Positions 27,738-37,881 of a DNA stretch of 64,000 bases are shown in pieces; position 1 is the first letter of the stretch, and each line of letters begins with the position of its first letter. This DNA is from an uncultured Gammaproteobacteria bacterium (GTDB taxonomy: Bacteria; Patescibacteriota; Patescibacteriia; UBA9934). The notes under the pieces were generated by a model. That model was not told the DNA's origin. It ran no database searches and saw only the letters and a list, made by a program, of their open reading frames with translations. The DNA is taken from assembly GCA_964401485.1 (NCBI GenBank), contig CAYNYL010000001.1, positions 67,834 to 131,833 on the forward strand. The letters are read 5' to 3'. Both the position numbers and the translations under genes were made by a program.

Positions 27738-29022
27738 AGGAAATATCCGCTCCAATCGAAATCAACTTATCAAAGAGTTTTTCGTACCCACGTTCGAGGT
27801 GGTGGATTCCGTCGATGCGCGATTCGCCTTCCGCGACAAGCGCCGCGGCAACGTAGGCGAGGCCCGCACGAATATCTGGAACCGTCATCGTTCCGGCAAC
27901 AAGTGGCGTTTTACCTGTAATAACGGCGGTTTGTTGGTAGTTTTGAAGCTTGAACTGACCGGAGATTTCTTCCGGAAGGTAGGCAATTTCAATCTTCGCA
28001 CCCATTGCGTTCAATGTTTCCGTATAGCGGAATCGGTCCTCATAAACGGTTTCGTGGATTTTCGATACCCCTTCGGCTTGAGTCAAAACCACCGCAAACG
28101 GCTGTTGCCAGTCGGTCGAAAATCCAGGGAACGTGTCCGTTTCGATCGTCGTCGCCTTGTAATTTCCATCTCCGAAGAATCGAATTCCGTCATCTTTCAC
28201 CTCATATCCTCCGCCAATCGAGCGAATCGCGTTTAAAAACGTAATCATGTCGCGCTGTACCGCCCCTTCGCAAAAAATATCGCCACCGGTTGCGAGCGCA
28301 AGACAAGCAAATGATCCCGCCTCGAGACGATCCGGCAAAACGCGATGCTCGCACCCGTGAAGCTCCTCGACACCCGTAATAATAACTGTTCGTCCTGCCC
28401 CAACCTCGATATTTGCCCCCATTTTTTGGAGCATCGCAATCAGCTCCATAATCTCCGGCTCGATCGCCGCGTTTTGAATTACGGTCCGACCCGAAGCTAA
28501 CACCCCGGCAAAAATAATCGATTCAGTCGCACCGACCGACGGATACGGAAGCTCAACCGATACTCCGCGAAGCCCTTCTTTTGCCGTAAAATGCCACCCC
28601 TCGTCGGTTACTTCGACCGTCGCCCCCATTCTTTGAAGCGCGCTTACGTGATAATTCACTGGGCGCGGACCAATCTTATCGCCCTCAACTTTCGGGATCG
28701 TCGCCTCGCCCGAGCGGTGCATCAAAGGCGCGGCAAGAAGAATCGAAAGCCGGTTCTTGCGAGTGAGCGCCATTGTTGAGGTCGAACGGATTTCCGGAGT
28801 CGCTGCCCTTAGCGTATGGTCCTCAATACTTGCCGTAGCCCCAATCATCTCGATCAATTCTTTCGCAATATCAGTTTCTTCTTGTAATGGAACGTTATGT
28901 AAAATCACCTGCTCCTTTGTAAGAAGGCTCGCAATAATCATTTTTGACGCCGCATTTTTCGCCCCCGCGATTTTTACCGTTCCCGTAAGCCGACTTCCAC
29001 CGCGGATTAAAAATTGTTTCAT
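27727..29022 (-). CDS. murA: UDP-N-acetylglucosamine 1-carboxyvinyltransferase
   Basis: 431 aa with an EPSP-synthase fold. MKQFLIRGGSRLTGTVKIAGAKNAA N-terminus. Confidence 0.9.
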   Translation of the reverse strand: MKQFLIRGGSRLTGTVKIAGAKNAASKMIIASLLTKEQVILHNVPLQEETDIAKELIEMIGATASIEDHTLRAATPEIRSTSTMALTRKNRLSILLAAPLMHRSGEATIPKVEGDKIGPRPVNYHVSALQRMGATVEVTDEGWHFTAKEGLRGVSVELPYPSVGATESIIFAGVLASGRTVIQNAAIEPEIMELIAMLQKMGANIEVGAGRTVIITGVEELHGCEHRVLPDRLEAGSFACLALATGGDIFCEGAVQRDMITFLNAIRSIGGGYEVKDDGIRFFGDGNYKATTIETDTFPGFSTDWQQPFAVVLTQAEGVSKIHETVYEDRFRYTETLNAMGAKIEIAYLPEEISGQFKLQNYQQTAVITGKTPLVAGTMTVPDIRAGLAYVAAALVAEGESRIDGIHHLERGYEKLFDKLISIGADISYAD

Positions 29023-29023
29023 A

Positions 29024-29554
29024 TTAGCGTAGGCGTTTCGCCCAAGTTAGTACTGATTCGACGAACTCTCTCGCGCGCTCAACCCATTGTGCATTCGGGG
29101 ACGCCGGATCAAAGTCTTCAACATACGGCGTAAGGAGCGACGGCGGAAGAACGATCCCTTTCGCACCAATCCACGCCTGGCGAAGTGCCACAACCATCCG
29201 TCCCCCACCCCACTGACCGCTTGACACACCAACGATCGCAAGCGGTTTATCTCGAAGTTCCTTACTATCCGCAAAATCAATTGCGTTTTTCACGGCTCCC
29301 GGAAGACTTTGGTGATATTCCGGCGAGACCATGACAATAACATCCGCCTGTTTATACGCATCTAAAAGTCGTTCCCTTCCCTCTCCTCCATTTTCTCCGT
29401 TATAGACCGGTAAATTCAGTTCCATTAAATCGACAAAATCGACGCTCGCTCCCGCCTCCTCAAACAGTCGCTTGAGTACACCAGCCGGCTTCTCGGATTG
29501 TCTTCCAACTCGCACAGATCCCAAAATAAGCGCAATCCGTAAGGATTCATTCAT
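29024..29554 (-). CDS. NAD(P)H-dependent FMN reductase-like flavoprotein
   Basis: LILGSVRVGRQS...VMVSPEYHQSLPGAVKNAIDF matches the FMN_red family. Confidence 0.65.
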   Translation of the reverse strand: MNESLRIALILGSVRVGRQSEKPAGVLKRLFEEAGASVDFVDLMELNLPVYNGENGGEGRERLLDAYKQADVIVMVSPEYHQSLPGAVKNAIDFADSKELRDKPLAIVGVSSGQWGGGRMVVALRQAWIGAKGIVLPPSLLTPYVEDFDPASPNAQWVERAREFVESVLTWAKRLR

Positions 29555-29600
29555 ACACGCACAGCGTACCAAAATCGACCCCGAGCGACAAGAAACGAGA

Positions 29601-29640
29601 AGGCCCCGGGTGAACGTATTTCACCGCGGGGCCCACGAGG
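29601..29640 (-). terminator. GC-rich hairpin terminator of the 473-aa orphan gene
   Basis: A GGCCCCGGGTGAA..TTCACCGCGGGGCC stem, followed on the minus strand by a T-rich tract. Confidence 0.45.
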
Positions 29641-29651
29641 TTCACGGACGC

Positions 29652-31073
29652 TTAGCTCGAAACCGGCGCGCGCCTGACTCGACGCCTGCGATCAACGGGA
29701 GACGAGGACTCGTCCTCTTCTTGAATGAGCTTGTCCCACTCCTCAAGCGTATCCTTCGGAAGTACCGCCCTGAGAAACCCAAGAACCCGAGCACGCTCAC
29801 GGATTCCATGGTTATCGTCAAGTTTCGACCACTCGGTAGAAAGGTGATTCCATACCGTAATGGTGATCACTTCGCAGCGATTGATCACGGTACGCCCCCT
29901 AACGACATGCTCAATCGTTCCAAGCACCTTCGCGTCGCTGTACTCATCACTACGCAACTTGTGACCGGCGTTATGCTCGTTCGACTCGATCTTCGTGAGT
30001 CGGAACGGCAGTTGAGAAAACAGCCGCTCCGCGATCATCTGATTGAAGTTCGCTCGGTCGGCGTGCGTCGGGAGACGGAATGCGCCAACCTCCTCGATCG
30101 CAACGAGGACAAACTTCCCACCAACACCATCCTTCATCAGACTATCCCGCAGGTCCTCCGAAGTGAGAATCCCCTCTTCGTCGATCTTGCGTTCAGTCTT
30201 CATGATGCTCGAGAGCAGTTCTTTCGCTCTCGGATCGCAAAACACCCAGTATCGAACACCGTTAATGAGCATCGTCGCTCGGCAACGGAACTCCTTCACT
30301 CGGACGCGCTTCCTACGACGACCGCGCTGGGCCGCCCACTCACGCGCAAGGCTGTTATCCTCAAACAACCTCACGTTCTGTGGAACAAGCCCCTCCTTGT
30401 CACCCTTTCGAATGCCGGCGATGCGCCCGGTTACGGGATTGCACTCCGCCGCAATCGAAAACCTCCGTTCGAGTCCCGGTTCCAGAATGCGCTCGTCCCA
30501 ACCACTCTGCAAAACATCAACCGCAAGCGCGCGAAGCGAGAAAGGGTCGGCGTGATCAGCAAAGAACCGCGCGATCGTAAAGGCGAGTTTGAACCGCGCG
30601 TGAAGCGGAACAAGCCTCGACCACTCGCCGTCACCCGGAGGTGAGGCGATTTGTTGCATCAGCCTCACCGGGTCCACGTTGGACTTCACCTGGTTGTTGA
30701 AGTCGAGAGCGGGAAGGATAGACCGCAAATCACCCTCAAGCGCAATCATCCTCAAATCAGACTTGTGTCTGACCGTAATCTGACCAAGACGCGCCACCAG
30801 CCATTCCGCACCGGTCGCTCGTAGCGGAGCCGCCGCACGATCACCCGGGGGCAATCGTGACCGCAGAAAAGCGACGCGAACCTCGACGCCCGTCTTGATT
30901 CGCTCAAACATCGCGTAGGCAAGACGCGGATCCGCAATCTCCACCACGATATCAAAGAGTGCGAGTTCATCACCTCCATTCTCGAGAAACTCAGGTCCAA
31001 GCTCCTCAAGGATGACCTCGATCCACCGAACCTTGTACGGCGGGAACTGCTCCACCGGATCGATGATACGCAT
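29652..31073 (-). CDS. large orphan protein of 473 aa in a GC-rich insert; function unknown
   Basis: Long uninterrupted ORF. Local GC is about 57%, against about 48% for its neighbours. It lacks a P-loop, a YxDD motif and a tyrosine-recombinase signature. The C-terminal tail is Arg-rich. Confidence 0.55.
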   Translation of the reverse strand: MRIIDPVEQFPPYKVRWIEVILEELGPEFLENGGDELALFDIVVEIADPRLAYAMFERIKTGVEVRVAFLRSRLPPGDRAAAPLRATGAEWLVARLGQITVRHKSDLRMIALEGDLRSILPALDFNNQVKSNVDPVRLMQQIASPPGDGEWSRLVPLHARFKLAFTIARFFADHADPFSLRALAVDVLQSGWDERILEPGLERRFSIAAECNPVTGRIAGIRKGDKEGLVPQNVRLFEDNSLAREWAAQRGRRRKRVRVKEFRCRATMLINGVRYWVFCDPRAKELLSSIMKTERKIDEEGILTSEDLRDSLMKDGVGGKFVLVAIEEVGAFRLPTHADRANFNQMIAERLFSQLPFRLTKIESNEHNAGHKLRSDEYSDAKVLGTIEHVVRGRTVINRCEVITITVWNHLSTEWSKLDDNHGIRERARVLGFLRAVLPKDTLEEWDKLIQEEDESSSPVDRRRRVRRAPVSS

Positions 31074-31412
31074 GACCCCTCCAGGGCGCTAAAGGTTGAT
31101 CTCAAGAACTGTATCGCCCCGCGTAGTACGGGACGACTCTAAACCGTAGCAAAAATGAAAAAAACCCGCAATGCAGGTTCTCTTCTGGTGCCCCAAACGA
31201 AAGGTGTAAGTTGGTCCGTTTCCCATTTGGGTAGTGGCGATAGGCCTCGAAGACGGTAGCGCGCTAAGCGCCTCACGTCTCGAGCAAAACCGCCTGGACC
31301 GCTGTATCTCCCCTAGATCGAGGAAATCTTTCACGAAGTAGTTGGCCAATTACAGTGACTTTCGCCTGAAGCACCTTTATCATTACACCAATCGGACCGT
31401 TTGGCAACGGGC

Positions 31413-31880
31413 TTAGACGCCTTCGCCAAAATGATACTTATCTGTCAATTTTTCGTAGGTAAAGAGCTCTTCCGGTTTAAAGAAGCGGTTGATTTCAACT
31501 TCCGCTGCTTCTGGGGAGTCCGAGGAATGGACCATGTTTGCAGGAACATTCATCGAAAGATCCGCACGAATCGTTCCAGCGTCCGCCTTTCGCGGATTTG
31601 TCGCTCCAACAATCTTTCGTACAACCTCGATTGACTCGAGTCCTTCAAGGATCATTGCAACGACCGGGGTCTGTTGCATAAACGTCTTCAAGTCATTGAA
31701 GAATGGCTTCTCCTTAAGGTGACCGTAGTGCTCAATAAGCGTCGCATCGTCAAGATGTGTCATCTTCATCGCAACGATTTTTAAGCCAGTTTGTTCGAGA
31801 CGAACAATGACTTCGCCGACGCGTTCCCGCTGAAACGCATCCGGCTTAATAAGGACCAAAGTTTTTTGAATATCTGCCAT
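31413..31880 (-). CDS. ndk: nucleoside diphosphate kinase
   Basis: LVLIKPDAFQR and the NxxHxSD active-site region (NMVHSSD). Confidence 0.9.
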   Translation of the reverse strand: MADIQKTLVLIKPDAFQRERVGEVIVRLEQTGLKIVAMKMTHLDDATLIEHYGHLKEKPFFNDLKTFMQQTPVVAMILEGLESIEVVRKIVGATNPRKADAGTIRADLSMNVPANMVHSSDSPEAAEVEINRFFKPEELFTYEKLTDKYHFGEGV

Positions 31881-31922
31881 AGATTTAGTTAGCGAGAACG
31901 CTACAATAATAGCATAGGTTTG

Positions 31923-32786
31923 TCAATTTTGTCGCCCGAGAGAAAATGTTGCAACGCGAATCGTCCCGTCGGGATATATCTGAATCCGTATATCACCGTT
32001 CTCATCCGTACGAAAGAGCTGTACACCGTGACGCTCGAGGCGAGTAAGGGTTTCGCTCGCGGGATGACCATAGTCATTCCCCTCCCCAAGACTCATTATC
32101 GCAAGCTCAGGATCGGCGAGCGTAAGAAGGGTTTCCGAAGTTGAGGTACGACTTCCGTGGTGTCCAACTTTTAACACGTCAACGTCGCGAAGACGTCCCG
32201 CGATCTCAAGCTCCTCTTCACTAGGAAGATCGCCGGTAAAAAGAAGTGACGTTCCATAGACGGAAAGAATTCCGGTTATTGAGGCGCTATTTGCATCCTC
32301 TGGATTCAACGCCTCCCCGCGCGGGGGCCAAAGGACCTCAAACGTCGAGCCATTGTTAAATGTGATGATATCTCCGGTGAAGAGATACTGTTCGTCCATT
32401 TCGTTTACGAGCGTCTTATAGACGCGACTCTCGTAGGGGTAGTCCGGGAGAAAAACGTGATCAAAGGTGAAATAGTGTAAGGCATGGACAATGCCGTCAA
32501 TATGGTCAGCGTGTGGATGTGTTCCTATGACATACTCAATCCTTCGATCCCAAAACGACATCGTCTCCGTCAATTTTTCGACAACCGAAGATCCTGGACC
32601 GCCGTCAATCAATAATTGCTCGCGACCCATATCGATAAGGGCCGAATCCCCTTGTCCAATGTCATAGAACCAAATTGTCACGATCCCCGACTCCGGCGCT
32701 CCGGAAAATACGCGATCACGAAAAAGCGCGAAGAGCACTGCTAGCGCGAGGAGGAGAAGGAACGCGAAGAGTTTCGTCCGAGCCAT
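31923..32786 (-). CDS. comEC: ComEC C-terminal metallo-beta-lactamase domain protein (split ComEC, part 2)
   Basis: YDIGQGDSALI...HPHADHIDG MBL motifs. It overlaps the upstream ComEC ORF by about 45 nt in a different frame. Confidence 0.7.
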   Translation of the reverse strand: MARTKLFAFLLLLALAVLFALFRDRVFSGAPESGIVTIWFYDIGQGDSALIDMGREQLLIDGGPGSSVVEKLTETMSFWDRRIEYVIGTHPHADHIDGIVHALHYFTFDHVFLPDYPYESRVYKTLVNEMDEQYLFTGDIITFNNGSTFEVLWPPRGEALNPEDANSASITGILSVYGTSLLFTGDLPSEEELEIAGRLRDVDVLKVGHHGSRTSTSETLLTLADPELAIMSLGEGNDYGHPASETLTRLERHGVQLFRTDENGDIRIQIYPDGTIRVATFSLGRQN

Positions 32787-34162
32787 AAGAGAAGAATCAC
32801 AATGAACCAAAGAAGAATCGCAAGCGGAGTCGAGAAAGAGAGCGGGACGGTCGCAAACGGAAGGTCGGCCGTTGTGCTAATGATAAAGAGAATCACCCGA
32901 AGAAGGAAATCAGTCATAGCGGAAAGCGGAAGAGAAAGGATCGGAACGAAGGACAGTGGGACTGAAAGCGCCCCGAGCGCCATCGTCATCGGGACAAGTG
33001 GAAGGACAAGGGCGTTCACAAAAAGCGCGATAATGGAAAAGGTTCCAAATTGGAGGGCGATAATCGGAAAGGTCGCGACCGTTGCGGAGATCGTCGAGGC
33101 CACGGATTCGCGAATGCCAAACGCCTCCGGAAGAAAGTCGAGTCGCTCCCCTACCGGTTTTGTTAGATATAGGAGTCCCGCCGTTGAAAGAAATGACAGC
33201 TGGAAGGCAACATCATCTCGAAGAAGATACGGGTTCATTAAGAGCATCGCGCAGGCGGTGAGAAGAAGGCCTTGCTCAGCTCCACTACGTCGACCAAAAA
33301 TCCGTGCCACAACGACAAGCGTCGCCATAAGTCCCGCGCGCAACACCGGTGGATCTCCACCGGCGAGCCAAACGTACACAAAAATCGCGCCAATAAGAAC
33401 GACCCCAGCGGATTTACGCCGAAGCGAAAGCGCAAGCAAGAATCCGAAAATAACAGTGGCAAACATTGTAACGTTGTAGCCGGAGGCGGCAACGATGTGA
33501 GAGGTGCCGGTTTTTTGGAAGGCCGATGACCATGCGTCGCTGAATTCTTTTTCGCCCAAAAGAAGCCCGTTAAGCAAGGTGCCTTGGGGCACGCCGTAGA
33601 TATGATCAACGCGATCGGTAAACGCTTCGCGGAGTTTTGTTGCAAGGCCCGCCCCGTCCTCAACGGTGAGACGCCTTGGTCGCATACAAAGCGCGTAGAC
33701 ATCCTTGGTCGCGAGGTACCAATCATAACGAAACCCGTCAAACGGTTCGGGCGCTTCGAGCGAACAAGTAAAGGAGACTTTGTCACCCGGAAGAATCTCA
33801 TTCCACGGATCGGTAAACAGAAGGATGCGATTCTCGACAGAAATATCATTCACTTGCACCTGGCGCCCAATCACTTCGAGTCGCTCACGTCCTTCAACGC
33901 GCGCCACCCGCGCCTCGACCTGCACCTCCTGACCCACGCTCGCGCGCACGGAATGTTCGGATGGACCCGACTCAAGATACAAAAAAACGCCCCCGGTAAA
34001 GGCGATGACCGCCGGCAAAAAGACAAGTGTGGTTTGCTTCGGAAAAGCGCCAAGGGCGATTATAAGGAGAACCCCAACCCAAATCGGAATACCAAAGCTT
34101 GCGACCGCGATTCCAAATAACCATCCAAGACAGAGCGAGCGGAGGAATCCCGCCGGTGTCAT
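32741..34162 (-). CDS. comEC: ComEC N-terminal part: DUF4131 plus the competence channel domain (split ComEC, part 1)
   Basis: 473 aa, polytopic, with ComEC competence-domain sequence. Confidence 0.7.
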   Translation of the reverse strand: MTPAGFLRSLCLGWLFGIAVASFGIPIWVGVLLIIALGAFPKQTTLVFLPAVIAFTGGVFLYLESGPSEHSVRASVGQEVQVEARVARVEGRERLEVIGRQVQVNDISVENRILLFTDPWNEILPGDKVSFTCSLEAPEPFDGFRYDWYLATKDVYALCMRPRRLTVEDGAGLATKLREAFTDRVDHIYGVPQGTLLNGLLLGEKEFSDAWSSAFQKTGTSHIVAASGYNVTMFATVIFGFLLALSLRRKSAGVVLIGAIFVYVWLAGGDPPVLRAGLMATLVVVARIFGRRSGAEQGLLLTACAMLLMNPYLLRDDVAFQLSFLSTAGLLYLTKPVGERLDFLPEAFGIRESVASTISATVATFPIIALQFGTFSIIALFVNALVLPLVPMTMALGALSVPLSFVPILSLPLSAMTDFLLRVILFIISTTADLPFATVPLSFSTPLAILLWFIVILLLWLGRNSSRSFSSSR

Positions 34163-35427
34163 AGGCCAATTCCAACAACGGTAAACCCTTTTTTGCGGAG
34201 CGCAAAATGTGGAAGCGCGTGTTTTCCGTCTCCGATAATCGGCTTACGAAGTGCCTTCTTCACCACATCAAAATCTGCCTCGATAAATTCCGGGAACTCC
34301 GTAAGCACAAGGAGTGCATCAGCGCCGACGAGCGCGTCGTCCTTCGAGGTCACGAGCTCAATCGCACCCTTGAAGTGTGCCTTTGCGTTATCGCGAGCGA
34401 GCGGATCGTAAGCACAAATCTTCACTCCACGAAGGAGGAGTGCCTCGACAATCCGTACCGCTGGCGATTCGCGAAGGTCGTCCGTACCCTTGTTAAACGC
34501 GAGCCCCCAAACGGCAAGCTTCGTCTCGGGAGTTAAGACCAGGAAGCGATCGAGATTTGCAAGAAATGCTTTGTGCTGGGCATCGTTCACTTCGATAATT
34601 GGGGCAATCAGTTTTGACGCATAGCCATGGTCACGCCCGGCACGATCAAGCGCAAGAACATCTTTTGGAAAACAGGATCCGCCAAATCCCGCGCCCGTCC
34701 CCAAAAATCGATTCCCGATTCGGGAGTCGGCGCCAACAATCGCTTCAATATCTTTAATATGTCCACCGGTAACTTGCGCGATATTTGCAACCTCGTTCAT
34801 AAACGAGAGACGAAGGGCAAGCATCGTATTTGACGCGTACTTTGCGATTTGTGCGGAAGCGATATTGGTAACAAAAATCGGAGCCTGGACGAACGTGTAG
34901 ATTTCTCGAAGGATCTGCTCGTCGCGGTGTGTCGACACGCCAAAGACAAGTCGCTCCGGTTTTTCGAAGTCCTCGAGCGCTCTCCCCTGTCGCAAAAATT
35001 CCGGATTGACCGCAAGCGACAAATCCTCTCGACCGAGCGCAATACGAAACTCACGCTCACTCCCCGGAGGCGTAGTGCTCTTAACAACGACAAGCGTCCC
35101 CGCCCTCGCAACCATCGCGACTTCTCGCAGTGCACTATTCACAAATCGCAAATCGCACTCGCCGTTCTCCCCTTGTGGAGTCCCAACACAAACGAATACA
35201 ACACCCGCCTCCCCGAGCTCTTCGTAACTCGTCGTAAACAGAAGTCGCTCTCCCGCCTCTTTCATCGCCTCGCGAACACCCGGCTCTTCAAACGGCACCT
35301 CCCCCTTTCTCAACCGCGCAACCTTCGCCTCGTCAACATCAACGCAAACAACCGTGTGCCCCGCCTTCGCAAGCGCCACAGCTTGGATTAGTCCAACATA
35401 TCCCGCCCCAACAACCGCAATTTGCAT
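34159..35427 (-). CDS. ugd: UDP-glucose/GDP-mannose 6-dehydrogenase family protein
   Basis: MQIAVVGAGYVGL Rossmann N-terminus and a catalytic GGSCFPKD motif. The start is at 35427, with a GGGGGAG RBS. Confidence 0.85.
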   Translation of the reverse strand: MQIAVVGAGYVGLIQAVALAKAGHTVVCVDVDEAKVARLRKGEVPFEEPGVREAMKEAGERLLFTTSYEELGEAGVVFVCVGTPQGENGECDLRFVNSALREVAMVARAGTLVVVKSTTPPGSEREFRIALGREDLSLAVNPEFLRQGRALEDFEKPERLVFGVSTHRDEQILREIYTFVQAPIFVTNIASAQIAKYASNTMLALRLSFMNEVANIAQVTGGHIKDIEAIVGADSRIGNRFLGTGAGFGGSCFPKDVLALDRAGRDHGYASKLIAPIIEVNDAQHKAFLANLDRFLVLTPETKLAVWGLAFNKGTDDLRESPAVRIVEALLLRGVKICAYDPLARDNAKAHFKGAIELVTSKDDALVGADALLVLTEFPEFIEADFDVVKKALRKPIIGDGKHALPHFALRKKGFTVVGIGL

Positions 35428-35467
35428 AATCTCCCCCGTTTTACCCCGTGCTATACTATTTGTAAAT

Positions 35468-37231
35468 ATGAAAAAGAAGGAGGCAACGGGGCTCGATGTT
35501 TTACAAGTATACTTCGGCCAAGCACGAAAACATTTCTTTAAACTGCTTACCGTTTTTGTATTCATTACCATTGGTAACATCGCAAGTATCGCGATTCCAT
35601 GGGTCATGAAAGATCTCTTCAATTTGCTCGAACAAACAACACCGACAAGCGCAACATTCGCTATTTTTACCCCCGTACTCACCCTTTTCGTATCTGTTAA
35701 ACTGTTGGAATGGTTTTTTTGGCGCGTTCACGATTTTATTTACATTCCTTATCTGCCGAAATCCATGGCGGATCTTGAACTCTCCGCGTACAAAAAACTC
35801 CTCGCACAAAGCGAGTCCTATTTTCAAAATGAGTTTGCCGGGTCTCTTACTCGCCAAATCCGTCGACTATCGGATGGCTTTGATCAATTTAGTAGCCATG
35901 TCATTTTTGAAATCTACCCAACGACCGCAATCCTTGTCGGATCCATCATCGGACTAAGTATTCAACGTCCAATTCTTGGACTCGCCTTCGGCATTTGGGT
36001 TACGGTGTTTATCGGCATACAGTTTTTTCTTACACGAATCGCATCGCGTTACGACGTGAGACGCGACGAACTTGATTCGAGCCTAAGCGGAGAAATCGCT
36101 GACTCGGTTTCAAACGCAATAACAATCAAAAGTTTTGCAACCGAAGACTTAGAGTTTCAAAAGCTTACGGTGGCGGAACAAAAATTAGCAAAAGCGACCT
36201 CGTTAAGCTGGACGGCTCACATGCTTATTTTCACCATTCAAACATTACTCATTATTACAATTGAGGTTAGTCTTTATTATTTTGGGGTAAAACTTTGGCT
36301 CGCTGAACAAATCACTCTTGGCGATATTGCCTTTATTCAAACGTTCCTTGCGCTCGTTTTCTTTAAGATTTGGGATGTTGCGCGTATCTTTAGAAAGATC
36401 GCTTCAACGATCACCGGAAGTAAGGAAATAGTAACAATGATGAATCAGAAAATTGAGATTACGGATATTTCTAGCGCTCAACCGCTAAAAGTGAGGGCGG
36501 GGAAAATTGTTTTTAGCAAAGTTTCATTTGCCTTTCAAAAAAATCAACCGGTCATTAAAAATTTGTCGCTCACGATTGATGCAAAACAGAAAGTTGCCCT
36601 TATTGGACCTTCAGGTGCGGGAAAGTCGACCATGGTCAAACTCTTGATGCGATTCTTTGATCTCCAAAAAGGAACAATCACAATAGACGGACAAAATACG
36701 GCGAAAGTCACTCAAGCCTCGCTTCGCTCCGCAATCTCTATCGTCCCTCAAGATCCAATTCTTTTTCATCGCTCCCTACTCGATAACATCCGCTATGGAA
36801 AACAGGATGCGACGATGGACGAGGTGATCGACGCTGCGAAGAAGGCACACTGCCATGAATTTATTTCTGCACTCAAGGACGGTTACGAAACATTTGTCGG
36901 CGAGCGTGGTGTTAAACTTTCCGGTGGCGAGCGCCAACGCGTCGCGATCGCTCGTGCGATTCTTCGCAACGCGCCCATTCTTGTTCTCGACGAAGCAACT
37001 TCGGCGCTCGATTCGGAGTCCGAACACCTGATTCAAGATGCCCTCCGAGAACTTATGAAAAACAAAACCGTAATCGTAATCGCCCATCGCCTCTCGACGA
37101 TTATGATGATGGATAAAATTGTCGTAATCGAAAACGGTAAAATCACCGACACCGGCACCCACGCCGAACTCCTCAAAAACCGCGGGACCTACAACAAACT
37201 TTGGGAACTCCAAGCCGGTGCGTTTAACTAA
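35468..37231 (+). CDS. ABC transporter, fused permease and ATPase (MsbA-like exporter)
   Basis: Six transmembrane segments followed by Walker A GPSGAGKST, an LSGGERQR signature and Walker B ILVLDEAT. The ATG lies 11 nt after a TGcTATACT extended -10, so the mRNA is probably leaderless. Confidence 0.85.
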   Translation: MKKKEATGLDVLQVYFGQARKHFFKLLTVFVFITIGNIASIAIPWVMKDLFNLLEQTTPTSATFAIFTPVLTLFVSVKLLEWFFWRVHDFIYIPYLPKSMADLELSAYKKLLAQSESYFQNEFAGSLTRQIRRLSDGFDQFSSHVIFEIYPTTAILVGSIIGLSIQRPILGLAFGIWVTVFIGIQFFLTRIASRYDVRRDELDSSLSGEIADSVSNAITIKSFATEDLEFQKLTVAEQKLAKATSLSWTAHMLIFTIQTLLIITIEVSLYYFGVKLWLAEQITLGDIAFIQTFLALVFFKIWDVARIFRKIASTITGSKEIVTMMNQKIEITDISSAQPLKVRAGKIVFSKVSFAFQKNQPVIKNLSLTIDAKQKVALIGPSGAGKSTMVKLLMRFFDLQKGTITIDGQNTAKVTQASLRSAISIVPQDPILFHRSLLDNIRYGKQDATMDEVIDAAKKAHCHEFISALKDGYETFVGERGVKLSGGERQRVAIARAILRNAPILVLDEATSALDSESEHLIQDALRELMKNKTVIVIAHRLSTIMMMDKIVVIENGKITDTGTHAELLKNRGTYNKLWELQAGAFN

Positions 37232-37880
37232 AAATCGTCTTGATTTTTACACTTAATTCTTCAGCAAAGAGGGCGTGGCCTTCAGCGCCAAAATGCAGAC
37301 CGTCCTCCCCGAGATACCTCTCATCAAAAGCCGAAAAGAAATGAACTCCGCGCCTTTCGGCGATCGATCGGTATGCAGACTCCAACTCGCTTAATTTACC
37401 GTTTCCATTGGACCACCCGCTTTGCACATAGTCCGATTCCTCGTTCATCGCGATCGGTGAAATGATCAGCAGTTCAGGCTTTTTCAAAAAGTGACTTGCT
37501 TCCGTCACAAAAAGCTCAATGAAATACTTTTCTAAGTCTCGAGCAATCTTCTCTATCGAATTCTGAAACTTATCTTTCAAGTCATTCGTACCAAGCATCA
37601 CAACCACGAGATCGAGAGGATCATGAGAAAGTACGCAAGGATAGAAGTAGCTCGCGCCATGATAAAAGTATTCGAGACCCTCGCCCTTGGATGCCAAGTT
37701 TAACACCTTGGTCGCGACCGTTCGACCACACAGTCCTTCTTCAATAATCTCAAAACCCTCACCGAGTTTTGACTGCAGTAGCCCCGTCCAACGAATATCT
37801 GAAGGAAATCGTTCACCTTGATTAGGTACTGCGCCCCAAGTATTTGAATCACCAAAACAAAGTATACGTTTCTTTTCCAT
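37224..37880 (-). CDS. SGNH/GDSL-family hydrolase
   Basis: ILCFGDSNTWG block I and a DG..H C-terminal catalytic pair. Confidence 0.7.
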   Translation of the reverse strand: MEKKRILCFGDSNTWGAVPNQGERFPSDIRWTGLLQSKLGEGFEIIEEGLCGRTVATKVLNLASKGEGLEYFYHGASYFYPCVLSHDPLDLVVVMLGTNDLKDKFQNSIEKIARDLEKYFIELFVTEASHFLKKPELLIISPIAMNEESDYVQSGWSNGNGKLSELESAYRSIAERRGVHFFSAFDERYLGEDGLHFGAEGHALFAEELSVKIKTIFS

Positions 37881-37881
37881 A

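Noticed and set aside
31089-31349. 86-aa minus-strand ORF in the 340-bp spacer upstream of the 473-aa orphan
   Set aside because: It has no RBS and low-complexity composition. The region more likely holds the promoter or leader of the orphan gene.
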